Program-made: the position numbers and the translations under genes
The notes under the pieces: model-generated
Databases searched by the model: none
Told to the model about the DNA's origin: nothing
What the model saw: only the letters and a program-made list of their open reading frames with translations
Origin: Armatimonadota bacterium
GTDB lineage: Bacteria > Armatimonadota > Hebobacteria > GCA-020354555 > CP070648
Assembly (NCBI GenBank): GCA_020354555.1
Contig: CP070648.1
Coordinates: 710,656 to 774,655, forward strand
Direction of reading: 5' to 3'
DNA length: 64,000 nucleotides
Shown here: positions 19,816-28,270 of the stretch, piece by piece
Layout of the letters: each line of letters begins with the position of its first letter
Numbering within the stretch: the first letter of the stretch is position 1

Positions 19816-19842
19816 GTCGGCATACGAGCGCGGAGAGAGATC

Positions 19843-20820
19843 ATGGCTTACGCGACAACTCGCATCCTCATCTCCCTGGCGCTGGCGGCGGCACTGGCGG
19901 CGTTAGCCGCCCCCGCTCTGGGCCAGGAAATGCAGTTGGTGGGCATGTCCCTCGGCGACACGCCGGAGGAACTCCTGGCGCACGAGGACTACGGTCCGCC
20001 CGATGCCATGTTCACCCCCGGTAACGTGTTCAACTCCGTCAAGACCACGCCCGGCGAAGTGCCCCCGTGGGCGATCGCCGTTCGCATGGCGCAGGTCGGC
20101 CCGGACCAGGTGCAGTGGGTGTACAACCGCGATCCGGTGGCCATCGGGCTTCTGATCACCGGCGAGGGGATAAACGCCCACGTCACCAACATCGTCGTGA
20201 GTATGTGGCGGGATTTCAAGCCGTCCAAGATCGCAGAAACGGAAAAGGGCATTCGCCTCGGCAGTTCCTTCGCCGAAGTGTTCGAGCGCTACGGCTGGCC
20301 CAACCGCATGCAGATCATCGCCGAAGCTGGCACCACTGAGCCGCAGCAAGCCGGCACGGCGCGCGCCGCCCGCCCGGCGGCCCCGGGAGCGGGGCGCCCG
20401 GGCGCCCTGGGAGGCCTGCAATTGCGGCTCGGCGGCGGTCGCGACGGCGGTGGATCTGCCGCGCCCGCCGCGGCGCGCCCTCGCCCAACAATCGGCTCGT
20501 CGGGCGTTGGGCCCCGGCTGCCTGCCCCACGCGCTGCGGCCCGACCCCGGGCCGCCAGCGGAGGCCTGAGCCTGAGACTCGGCGGAGGCAGGGGCGAGGA
20601 TCGAGGCACCGGTCCCGGCCCGCTGCCCAGAGTCGGGCGCGCGCCAACCACTGCGCCCGCGCGCGTGGCCGTACCGACGGGGCCAACCACCAGCACGGCG
20701 GCCGCCGTTGGGCAGGTGCCGAACGTGACCTTCACCAAGAGCTGCATCCTGAGCTATCCCACGGTGGATTTCGTCGTCTACCGCATGACGGTCTTCCGCA
20801 TCCACATCTACGGGCGCTGA
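19843..20820 (+). CDS. Secreted LRLGGGR-repeat protein, paralog of the upstream gene
   Basis: The protein has a signal peptide MAYATTRILISLALAAALAALAAPALGQ. It shares the box EDYGPPDA and the globular domain VQWVYNRDPVAIGLLITGEG...GSSFAEVFERYGWPN with its paralog. It carries two repeats, GLQLRLGGGRDGGG and GLSLRLGGGRGEDRG. Confidence 0.7.
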   Translation: MAYATTRILISLALAAALAALAAPALGQEMQLVGMSLGDTPEELLAHEDYGPPDAMFTPGNVFNSVKTTPGEVPPWAIAVRMAQVGPDQVQWVYNRDPVAIGLLITGEGINAHVTNIVVSMWRDFKPSKIAETEKGIRLGSSFAEVFERYGWPNRMQIIAEAGTTEPQQAGTARAARPAAPGAGRPGALGGLQLRLGGGRDGGGSAAPAAARPRPTIGSSGVGPRLPAPRAAARPRAASGGLSLRLGGGRGEDRGTGPGPLPRVGRAPTTAPARVAVPTGPTTSTAAAVGQVPNVTFTKSCILSYPTVDFVVYRMTVFRIHIYGR

Positions 20821-21429
20821 GGCAGGCCGCGCCCAGGCTCGCAGATGCGTGCGCGACGCGTGTCGTTCTGTCGCAACCGAGCGGCCGCTCGCCGGACACA
20901 AGCTTGTCAGCGACGCTTCATGGAATAATACAGGCGACACCGCATCATGCGCCGCGCAGGCCGCGTCCGGCATTCGCGACACCGCCAGGGCCCAATCAAC
21001 TTCCGACGTCCCGTGTCGTAGACTATCGCATGCGGAGCGCCCGCATGATGACACGTGATGACCGGCTGCGGCCGCCGCGCGTACGTACCGCAGCACGGCG
21101 CAGGTCGGCACGGCAGCGCATGTGAGTATGTCGGTCCACGGGTATATCTATAGAGTCTCGGGTATTACCGGAGCACCGGTAATGCCCGCAGACTGTTGCG
21201 GACGAGGTTCGATCGGGAGGAGCGCTGGCATCCCTTGCGTCCTCCCCTAATGCACGAACCTCGGTAATGGGGTTCGTGTATTAGCGCAGAGCTTCAGGCA
21301 TGATGCGGCTCCGCCGCGTTCCGGAGACGCCATAACTCACCGCGCGCATGCCGGCAAGCGCACACATCAGCGCCGCCGTGCGTTCCGCGCACATATGACG
21401 CAGAGATGAGACCGAAAGGCAGCAATCCC

Positions 21430-22782
21430 ATGCATCGCAAGCATCGCACAGCGCTCGTCGCGCTGCTGGTCGCCCTGATGGCGTGCTCGTTCACGGCCGG
21501 CCGGCAGTTCCAGAGCCTTTACGACAGCGCCGCCGGGCGCATTGACATAGCCGACGCCCTGCGCGCGACTCAGCTCGCCAGCGCGGTCGGCGTGACGCCG
21601 GCGGACGTCACGGACGACGTCGACCTCAGGCCCCTGGAGACGTTCGGCCAGGTGCTCAAGAACATAGATAACCTGTACGTCGCGCCCGTCGAGGATCGAT
21701 CCAAGCTGACCTACGGGGCGATCCGCGGCATGCTCGCGGCACTCGAAGATCCGTACACGAGGTTCATGGAGCCGGAGGAGTATCGAGCGTTTCAGCAGGA
21801 GAACCAGGGCCACTTCGAGGGCATCGGCGCAACCATCGGCCTCACCGAGATAAAAGGGAACGAGGACGCGGCGAAGGTCACGCCCGGCTTGCGCTGCCCC
21901 GCGTGCGGCTCGGAGATTCACCCGCGGCGCTTCCGCGTCACGATCATAGCGCCGCTGCCCGGCAGCCCGGCGACCGAGGCGGGCGTGCAGGCCGGCGATC
22001 TGATTCTCGGGATTGACGACGTGTCCACCGAGGGCATGACCCTCGGCGATGCCGTCAAGCGCATCCGCGGCGAGCGGGGCACCACGGTCAAGCTGCTGCT
22101 CGGACGCGAGGGGGCGAGCCAGCCCGTGCTCAAGGAGATCGTGCGTGGGCCGATTCAGGTGCCCACGGTTGAGACGAAGATGCTCGAGGACGGCATCGGC
22201 TACATGCGTTTGAACTACTTCTACGAGGATACCGGGCGGTCGGTCGAGCAGGGATTGGAGAAACTCCGCTCGCAGAACATGCGCGCGCTGTTGCTCGACG
22301 TGCGCAACAACCCCGGCGGGCTGCTCAACCGGTGCATAGACGTCGTGCGCCACTTCGTTGATGAAGAGCCGGTGGTGTACGTTCAGGAGCGCGGCCAGCC
22401 GATGCATCCTTTCTACGGCGGGGAGCGCGGCAAGGGGCACCGGTTCGAGTACCCGCTGGTGGTACTCATCAACAAGGGCAGCGCGAGCGCCTCCGAGATC
22501 CTCGCCGGCGGCATCCAGGACGCGAAGGTCGGCGTGCTCGTCGGCACCACGACGCACGGCAAAGGCTCGGTGCAGACGGTGCTGCCGCTGAAGGACGGTT
22601 CCGCCCTGGCGCTCACGACCTCCAAGTGGTACACGCTGGGGCGCCGCGGCATTGATCACGAGGGGGTGAAGCCGGACGTCGTGGTCGAGGTGCCTCCGGA
22701 AGCCAGGCTCGCGAGCGCGGAAGACACCCAATACCAGAAGGCGCTCGAGATGCTGCGGCAGCAGGTAGCGGCCCGCCCGTAG
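21430..22782 (+). CDS. S41-family C-terminal processing peptidase with PDZ domain
   Basis: The ORF runs 21406..22782. The likely start is the ATG at 21430 (MHRKHRTALVALLVALMACS). S41 motifs are present: GAIRGMLAALEDPYTRFM, the PDZ segment IIAPLPGSPATEAGVQAGDLILGIDD, LLDVRNNPGG (catalytic region) and VVLINKGSASASEILAGGIQD. Confidence 0.85.
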   Translation: MHRKHRTALVALLVALMACSFTAGRQFQSLYDSAAGRIDIADALRATQLASAVGVTPADVTDDVDLRPLETFGQVLKNIDNLYVAPVEDRSKLTYGAIRGMLAALEDPYTRFMEPEEYRAFQQENQGHFEGIGATIGLTEIKGNEDAAKVTPGLRCPACGSEIHPRRFRVTIIAPLPGSPATEAGVQAGDLILGIDDVSTEGMTLGDAVKRIRGERGTTVKLLLGREGASQPVLKEIVRGPIQVPTVETKMLEDGIGYMRLNYFYEDTGRSVEQGLEKLRSQNMRALLLDVRNNPGGLLNRCIDVVRHFVDEEPVVYVQERGQPMHPFYGGERGKGHRFEYPLVVLINKGSASASEILAGGIQDAKVGVLVGTTTHGKGSVQTVLPLKDGSALALTTSKWYTLGRRGIDHEGVKPDVVVEVPPEARLASAEDTQYQKALEMLRQQVAARP

Positions 22783-22869
22783 GCGAGCGGCTGCGACACC
22801 GGGCGGATTGCCTGCCCGCCCGGCTGGATGACGCGCCGCGCTCCGAATGCCTCAGCGCCATAACCCGCC

Positions 22870-23973
22870 ATGACACCGTCACCACGCCGCACAAGGAAAT
22901 CGACATCGCCGTGGACGCTCATTGCGCTGCTCGCGCTCGTTATCGTAGCCCTGTGGTGGATGTCGAGAGAGCCGCGCGGCTCTGGGCCGTCCCCGACGGG
23001 TGGCCCATCCGGCGACCGTCCCTCCCATCCCGGCGCCGTGCAACCGCCTGGGCACGGTCGCTCCCACGGATCTCCGGACGCATCGGGGTCCGCGACCTCC
23101 GCCTCGGAATCTCGCAGGGATCTGCCAGATTCATCACTAGCAGGCCGCGGCCCGCTGCCGGACACCCAGTGGCAACCGCAGCGACCGCTCCTTCCTGCCG
23201 CGCCCGGCCGCGTCGCGATCATCGTTGACGACGTCGGCTACAACGACGGCGCGCTCGACGGCTTTGCGGAGGTGGATTTCCCGTTGACCTTCTCCGTGCT
23301 TCCCCAACTCGACGACTCGCGGCGACTGGCGCGCGCCTGCGCGGCCGCCGGGTTCGAAGTCATGCTCCACCTGCCGATGCAGCCGAGGAACTCGGATCTC
23401 GATCCCGGACCCGGCTGCGTCATGGTCGAGATGACCGACGACGAGATTGCCGAGCTAGTGGAGCGGAACCTGACCAGCGTCCCGGGCGCGGTGGGCGCCA
23501 ACAACCACATGGGGTCGCTGGCAACCGCCGACGAACGGGTAATAACCGCCGCGCTGTCCGTGCTGCGCCGACACGGTCTGTTTTTCGTGGATAGTCTCAC
23601 GACCGGCGGCAGCGTGGCGGAGGAAGCGGCCGCCGAGGTCGGCATTCCCTACGCCGAGCGGAGCGTCTTCCTCGACACGAATTTCACGCCCGAGCCGACG
23701 ACCACGGAGGAGTTCTGCGAGGCGGCGCAGGAGCGCGTGCAGCAGTTGGGGCGCATCGCGCAGCGCCGCGGTTCAGCGATCGGCATTTGCCACTACCGGC
23801 CGCAGACGGCGCAGATGCTCGGCCTCATCCTGCCCGCGCTCGAGGAATCCGGCGTCGCAGTGGTAAGCGTATCGAACGTGATGTCGGGGGCGAGCCGAAG
23901 CGTGTCACCGACGCGCCCCGGCGCCGCGCCGAGAGCAGAGCCGGGAACTCACGAGCCCGCGCGCGACCGCTGA
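22870..23973 (+). CDS. Divergent polysaccharide deacetylase-family protein (YibQ-like)
   Basis: The protein has an N-terminal transmembrane segment (WTLIALLALVIVALWWM) and a low-complexity linker. The YibQ-type domain is VAIIVDDVGYNDGALDGFAEVDFPLTFSVLPQLDDSRRLARACAAAGFEVMLHLPMQP...NNHMGS...GLFFVDSLTTGGSVA. Confidence 0.75.
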   Translation: MTPSPRRTRKSTSPWTLIALLALVIVALWWMSREPRGSGPSPTGGPSGDRPSHPGAVQPPGHGRSHGSPDASGSATSASESRRDLPDSSLAGRGPLPDTQWQPQRPLLPAAPGRVAIIVDDVGYNDGALDGFAEVDFPLTFSVLPQLDDSRRLARACAAAGFEVMLHLPMQPRNSDLDPGPGCVMVEMTDDEIAELVERNLTSVPGAVGANNHMGSLATADERVITAALSVLRRHGLFFVDSLTTGGSVAEEAAAEVGIPYAERSVFLDTNFTPEPTTTEEFCEAAQERVQQLGRIAQRRGSAIGICHYRPQTAQMLGLILPALEESGVAVVSVSNVMSGASRSVSPTRPGAAPRAEPGTHEPARDR

Positions 23974-25175
23974 AGCCGACGTTTCTGGACCGCTTCGTGC
24001 ATCGCCGCCCGATGCACCGGGTGCACGTTCTCCACGATCCACTCGCGCATTTCGCGCCCGGCTTCGGTCTGCTGCGGGTACGACATGAATCCCAACTCGA
24101 CGCCCAACGCCTGAGCCGCATCGTAGGCCACAAGCGGCCAGATGACGCCGATATCGCCGATGACGGGCAGGCTCGTCGGCAGGCGCGCGAACCCCGACAT
24201 TTCCATGCGGAAGGGCACGCCCGTGACCTTGGTCTTCGGCAGGCCCTTGGCGACCGCCGCGGCGACGGTGCCAGAGTCGCGCTCCATCTGCCACGCGCGC
24301 TCCAGGTTCGGGTCGAGGTCAATGCGGATGAGCTGCTTGCCCGCCAGCGAGTAGGTCGCGAAGCCGTCCCAGTCGGCCCAGATACCGTGCCCGGTGTGCG
24401 TCTCGAACGGACCGTCGTGAATCTCCTGGGTCAGGGCCACTGCCGACTCGATGATGACGTCGGCTTCGCCGAGCAGTGCGGCGACGCGGGCGGCGCGCGC
24501 GGTGATTGAAATGCTGTCGCCGACCGCGAGGCCCACCGCGCCCCCGCCCACCAACTGCGGGATACTCACCAGCACCGGCGCACCCCGCGCGTATCCCGCG
24601 CCGATCATGGTGTGTGAATCAGCGCCGGCGCCGGCTATTGCCTCCAGAGGATCACCGACGGATTTCGCAAGCGCCTCCGCCTCACGCGCGAGGCGCTCGG
24701 TGCGCAGTCCCAGCGGGTATGCCAGGTTCCCCGCCGCCTTGATGATGTTCGCGCCCTCCGTCGCCAGCGCGCGATCCATGAGGTCGCGCTCCACCGGCAT
24801 TTCCGCTTCGATCGTTTCGAGCCAGCCGTCGGGCAGCAGCGAGATCTCGAACATGCCGTCCATCGGCAGTGCTGCGGCGTCGAGGCCGAGCGGCTCGCCG
24901 CGCACACGATGCACGCGCTCCAGCGTTCCCGCCATCTCGTGGGCGATCGCGGCGGACGACGTCGTCACGCCGTCCACGATGCCGGTACGAATCAGCTCCG
25001 CCAGCAGCGTCGTCACGCCCTCATGCAGATTCGGCCCGCTGCCGGTGACGACGACGACCTTGCCGCCCTTCTGCTTGGCGGCGACGATGGCGGCGACGGC
25101 CTTGCCGATGCGCTCGCGCACATCCGCATCCAGCTCCGCGCGCAACGCCTCGATTACACCTTTGTCAACTGACAC
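23949..25175 (-). CDS. Deoxyhypusine synthase-like (DHS/homospermidine synthase superfamily) protein
   Basis: The segment VVVTGSGPNLHEGVTTLLAELIRTGIVDGVTTSSAAI aligns to the DHS NAD-binding signature T-S-N-L-x3-G-x-R-E-x(n)-V-D-x-x-V-T-T-x-G-G. At 408 aa the protein is longer than canonical DHS. Confidence 0.5.
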   Translation of the reverse strand: MSVDKGVIEALRAELDADVRERIGKAVAAIVAAKQKGGKVVVVTGSGPNLHEGVTTLLAELIRTGIVDGVTTSSAAIAHEMAGTLERVHRVRGEPLGLDAAALPMDGMFEISLLPDGWLETIEAEMPVERDLMDRALATEGANIIKAAGNLAYPLGLRTERLAREAEALAKSVGDPLEAIAGAGADSHTMIGAGYARGAPVLVSIPQLVGGGAVGLAVGDSISITARAARVAALLGEADVIIESAVALTQEIHDGPFETHTGHGIWADWDGFATYSLAGKQLIRIDLDPNLERAWQMERDSGTVAAAVAKGLPKTKVTGVPFRMEMSGFARLPTSLPVIGDIGVIWPLVAYDAAQALGVELGFMSYPQQTEAGREMREWIVENVHPVHRAAMHEAVQKRRLQRSRAGS

Positions 25176-25425
25176 GGTCTGACTCCTCGCAGCGGATTGG
25201 CGACGGGATCATTATAGCAATGTGTCGCGCCGCGGCCAAGCGCAGCAAACGTGTGCGGCAAACGAGACGCTCGCTCTGCGATGGTGGCGCAACCATCTCG
25301 GTTGCCACTGTCTGGCAAGGCAAGCTTACGCCACCGACTTGGCGCCAGGGCAACGCGGCTTGACCCGCTCCGTCGCCCGCGGCTATAATCCCGGGACAGC
25401 CACGCGCTCCCACGGAGGGTTTCCC

Positions 25426-26163
25426 ATGGCACAAGTCATCGGCATCATTCCCGCCCGCTACGGGTCAACGCGCTTCCCCGGCAAGCCGCTGGCCGACCTC
25501 TTGGGCAAGCCGATGATTCAGCACGTCTACGAGCGCTCGAGCAAGGCGCGCTGCCTGGAACGACTGCTGGTGGCCACCGACGACCAGCGCATCCTCGACG
25601 CCGTGGCCGCGTTCGGCGGCGAGGCCGTCATGACCAGCCCCGATCACCCGACCGGGACGGATCGCTTAGCCGAAGCAGCCGCCGAACTGGCCGTCGAGAT
25701 CGTCGTCAACATCCAGGGCGACGAGCCGCTCATCGAGCCTTCCGTTATTGACGCCCTTGCCGCGCCTCTCATCGAGGACTCGTCCATTCCCATGGGCACG
25801 CTCATGTCGCGCATCACCGAGCCCGCGGACCTGCACGACCCCAACGTGGTCAAGGTCGTGGTTGACCGGAACAGCTTCGCCCTCTACTTCTCGCGCACGC
25901 TCATCCCCTATGCGCGAGAGGTGAAGACCGAAGACGTGATGTACTACTACCATCCCGGACTATACGTGTACCGCAAGGACTTCCTGCTCACCTATGCCTC
26001 TCTGCCGCCGACGCCGCTGGAGAAGACCGAGAAGCTGGAGCAGCTGCGGGCGATGGAGCACGGTTACCGTATCAAGGTCGTCGAGACCGCGCACCGCCCG
26101 GTGAGCGTGGACACGCCCCACGACCTCGAGCACGTCAAACACCTCATGCAGCGCGGGCGGTGA
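25426..26163 (+). CDS. kdsB: 3-deoxy-manno-octulosonate cytidylyltransferase (CMP-Kdo synthetase)
   Basis: The ORF runs 25222..26163. The start is the ATG at 25426 (MAQVIGIIPARYGSTRFPGKPLADLLGKPMIQHVYERS...). KdsB motifs are present: VNIQGDEPLIEP, YHPGLYVYRKDFL and EKLEQLRAMEHGYRIKVV. Confidence 0.9.
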   Translation: MAQVIGIIPARYGSTRFPGKPLADLLGKPMIQHVYERSSKARCLERLLVATDDQRILDAVAAFGGEAVMTSPDHPTGTDRLAEAAAELAVEIVVNIQGDEPLIEPSVIDALAAPLIEDSSIPMGTLMSRITEPADLHDPNVVKVVVDRNSFALYFSRTLIPYAREVKTEDVMYYYHPGLYVYRKDFLLTYASLPPTPLEKTEKLEQLRAMEHGYRIKVVETAHRPVSVDTPHDLEHVKHLMQRGR

Positions 26164-26326
26164 AGGCTCAGGCGGCGCTCGCAGAGCAGTCGCCGTCTGC
26201 CCGCGCGGCTTCGGCGGAGTGGCCCCGGCTGTGTGCTCCCGATAGATGCTGACGTCTGAGGCGCTCCGCCGCGCCGTGTCGTCACGAAGTCCAGTAACCC
26301 CGCGTCCTTGCCCCTGCGTATAGCCA

Positions 26327-28270
26327 GTGATGAAACAGTGGCACTCCCGAGACAACGCGATCCAGTTGCCGAAGGCCGCGCGGGCGTCGCTGACGGTAGT
26401 GACGGTGAGCGCCGTGCTGGCAGTCGGGTGCGGCGGGACGTGCGGCGGGTCGCGACCGGCGCCGCTCACCGCGCCTGCGCCCGTCGCCGCGCCGGAGCCA
26501 GCCCGTGAGCAACCGCCCCAGCCAGGTGGGGTCTCCTTATCCGATCTCCCGGCCCTGCCGACCGGCGAGGACTTGAAATCCGCTCTCGAGCTTCCCATGC
26601 GTTCGCGGGTCGCGCCCCTGACCATGCAGTACTGGGGCGAGCAGGCATCGGGCGAGGTCCTCCTCGATTCGCTCGCTGAGGAGCCGTTGTTCCCGCAGTT
26701 TGACCGGGTGACATGGCACCGCTGGCTGAGCGACGGATCTCTCGTGCTCCTAAACGGCGACCGGCTGTACCGCGTTCATCCATCTGGCGACTCGCGGTTG
26801 CTCGCGGCGGTCGGCGAGCCGGATCTGCCGCCCAGGCTGTCGCCGGACGGGCGATGGGTCGCGGTAGCGCTGGGACGCAGCATCACCTTCGTTCCGACCG
26901 ACGGCGGCCCGGTAAGGCGCCTGCCGCAGCCGGGCTGGGTGCACAGCATCGGCTGGCACCCCGACAGCACGCGCCTTGCGTTCAATGCCAGCAACCGCAT
27001 CTGTGTGGCAACGACCGCGGGGGACGTGAGAGTGCTGGAAACGGAGGCGCCAACAGTCCAGGCCTGGTGGGGCGCGCCCGTCACCCTTGCGAACGTCCCT
27101 CAGATCGAGTGGTCTGCCGATGGGACGCGTCTGGCATACCGCCTGGTGTACCGTGCCGAGAGCGCACCGCGCGACTGCGCTGACTACCAATATGACTCTC
27201 GCGTAGTGGCGTTGCACGGCGAGCAGCGAGAGATGGTCATGACGGGTGGTTACTCGCCCGAGGATGGTCTCTTTTCCTGGGCCACAGCCGGATACGTAGT
27301 AGCGTACACGGGCAACTTCGGCGAACCGGATACGTGGTGCAACCTGTGGACGCCGCATGGGCGGGGGTCGGTCGCGATCTCGGGCACCGTGCTGAGCTAC
27401 CGCCGTACCGCCTGGCATCCACGTGACGGGGTGCTCGCCGTCGAGGAACACTGGTTTGGGCCTGAAGCTGCGCGCCAATTCGGTCCCGTCGCGCCGACGA
27501 CTCAGTTGGCGTTCTTTACCATTCCTCAAGCCAGTGGCCGAAGTGTGCGCGAAGACGACTGGCCCGACTTCGAATGGGCACCAACGGGCCGCGCATTCGT
27601 GATGCGGCGCAAATGCGCTTACGTCGCACAGGGCCGCAAGACCGCCCACCAGGTCACCGGCAACGACATCGGCGATTTCGCAATCACGGGGAGTGCAATG
27701 AGCGGCGAGTTTGCGCAGATGGCGCCACTCGACGTCACGATCACTGGCGTACAGTGGACACCACTGCGGAGCGCCGTCAGTTTCGAGCGGAAATCGGCGC
27801 CAGACAGGTCCGTCCTTTGCGTGGCACCCGTCACGAGGAATCGGAGCGGCGCGACCCACGCTCGCCGGTGGCTGGCCGCGGGCAAAGAACTTCGACGCTC
27901 CGGGAATATCGAAGAGGCTACGATCTGCTTCCGCAACGCTGTCCGATGCGAGCCGGATTGGGCGGAACCGCGCGTCCGCCTAGCCCAGTGCTATCTCGAC
28001 CTCAGCGCGCGAGAGACGAATCCCGCGTGCATGGCGTGGCTGCTCGACGGCGCAGAGTTCGAGACGCAACGCGCGGCGAAGCTGACCACGCTGTCAGACG
28101 ACAGCTTGCACCTTCGCACGGTCATCGCCAGGCGCCGCGAGCATGCTAGTGCCGCGCTAAGCATCTCCGCCGGGCGCTGGTGGGGCAGGAGCATCGCTCC
28201 TGGTGCTCCGCTGTACGCCGACGATCCGGAGACATTCGGCCGACCGTTCGGTGGGCCTGGGAACAAATGA
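26327..28270 (+). CDS. Lipoprotein with PD40/TolB-like beta-propeller and C-terminal TPR-like region
   Basis: The lipobox is VLAVGC. A Pro/Ala-rich linker is followed by PD40-type repeats (LSPDGRWVAVALGRSITFVPTDGGPVRRL...WHPDSTRLAFNASNRICVA; WSADGTRLAYRL). The C-terminal helical region is ATICFRNAVRCEPDWAEPRVRLAQCYLDL. Confidence 0.75.
   Translation: MMKQWHSRDNAIQLPKAARASLTVVTVSAVLAVGCGGTCGGSRPAPLTAPAPVAAPEPAREQPPQPGGVSLSDLPALPTGEDLKSALELPMRSRVAPLTMQYWGEQASGEVLLDSLAEEPLFPQFDRVTWHRWLSDGSLVLLNGDRLYRVHPSGDSRLLAAVGEPDLPPRLSPDGRWVAVALGRSITFVPTDGGPVRRLPQPGWVHSIGWHPDSTRLAFNASNRICVATTAGDVRVLETEAPTVQAWWGAPVTLANVPQIEWSADGTRLAYRLVYRAESAPRDCADYQYDSRVVALHGEQREMVMTGGYSPEDGLFSWATAGYVVAYTGNFGEPDTWCNLWTPHGRGSVAISGTVLSYRRTAWHPRDGVLAVEEHWFGPEAARQFGPVAPTTQLAFFTIPQASGRSVREDDWPDFEWAPTGRAFVMRRKCAYVAQGRKTAHQVTGNDIGDFAITGSAMSGEFAQMAPLDVTITGVQWTPLRSAVSFERKSAPDRSVLCVAPVTRNRSGATHARRWLAAGKELRRSGNIEEATICFRNAVRCEPDWAEPRVRLAQCYLDLSARETNPACMAWLLDGAEFETQRAAKLTTLSDDSLHLRTVIARRREHASAALSISAGRWWGRSIAPGAPLYADDPETFGRPFGGPGNK

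Noticed and set aside
21195-21280. tRNA-like T-arm motif GGTTCGATC at ~21207
   Set aside because: No acceptor stem, D-arm, anticodon arm or CCA context can be built around it. It is treated as part of a structured leader, not a tRNA.
19903-22731. Antisense ORFs 19903..21111 (minus, 402 aa) and 21367..22731 (minus, 454 aa)
   Set aside because: They are antisense to the repeat-protein gene and ctpA. The products are Arg/Ala/Gly-rich with no domain similarity.
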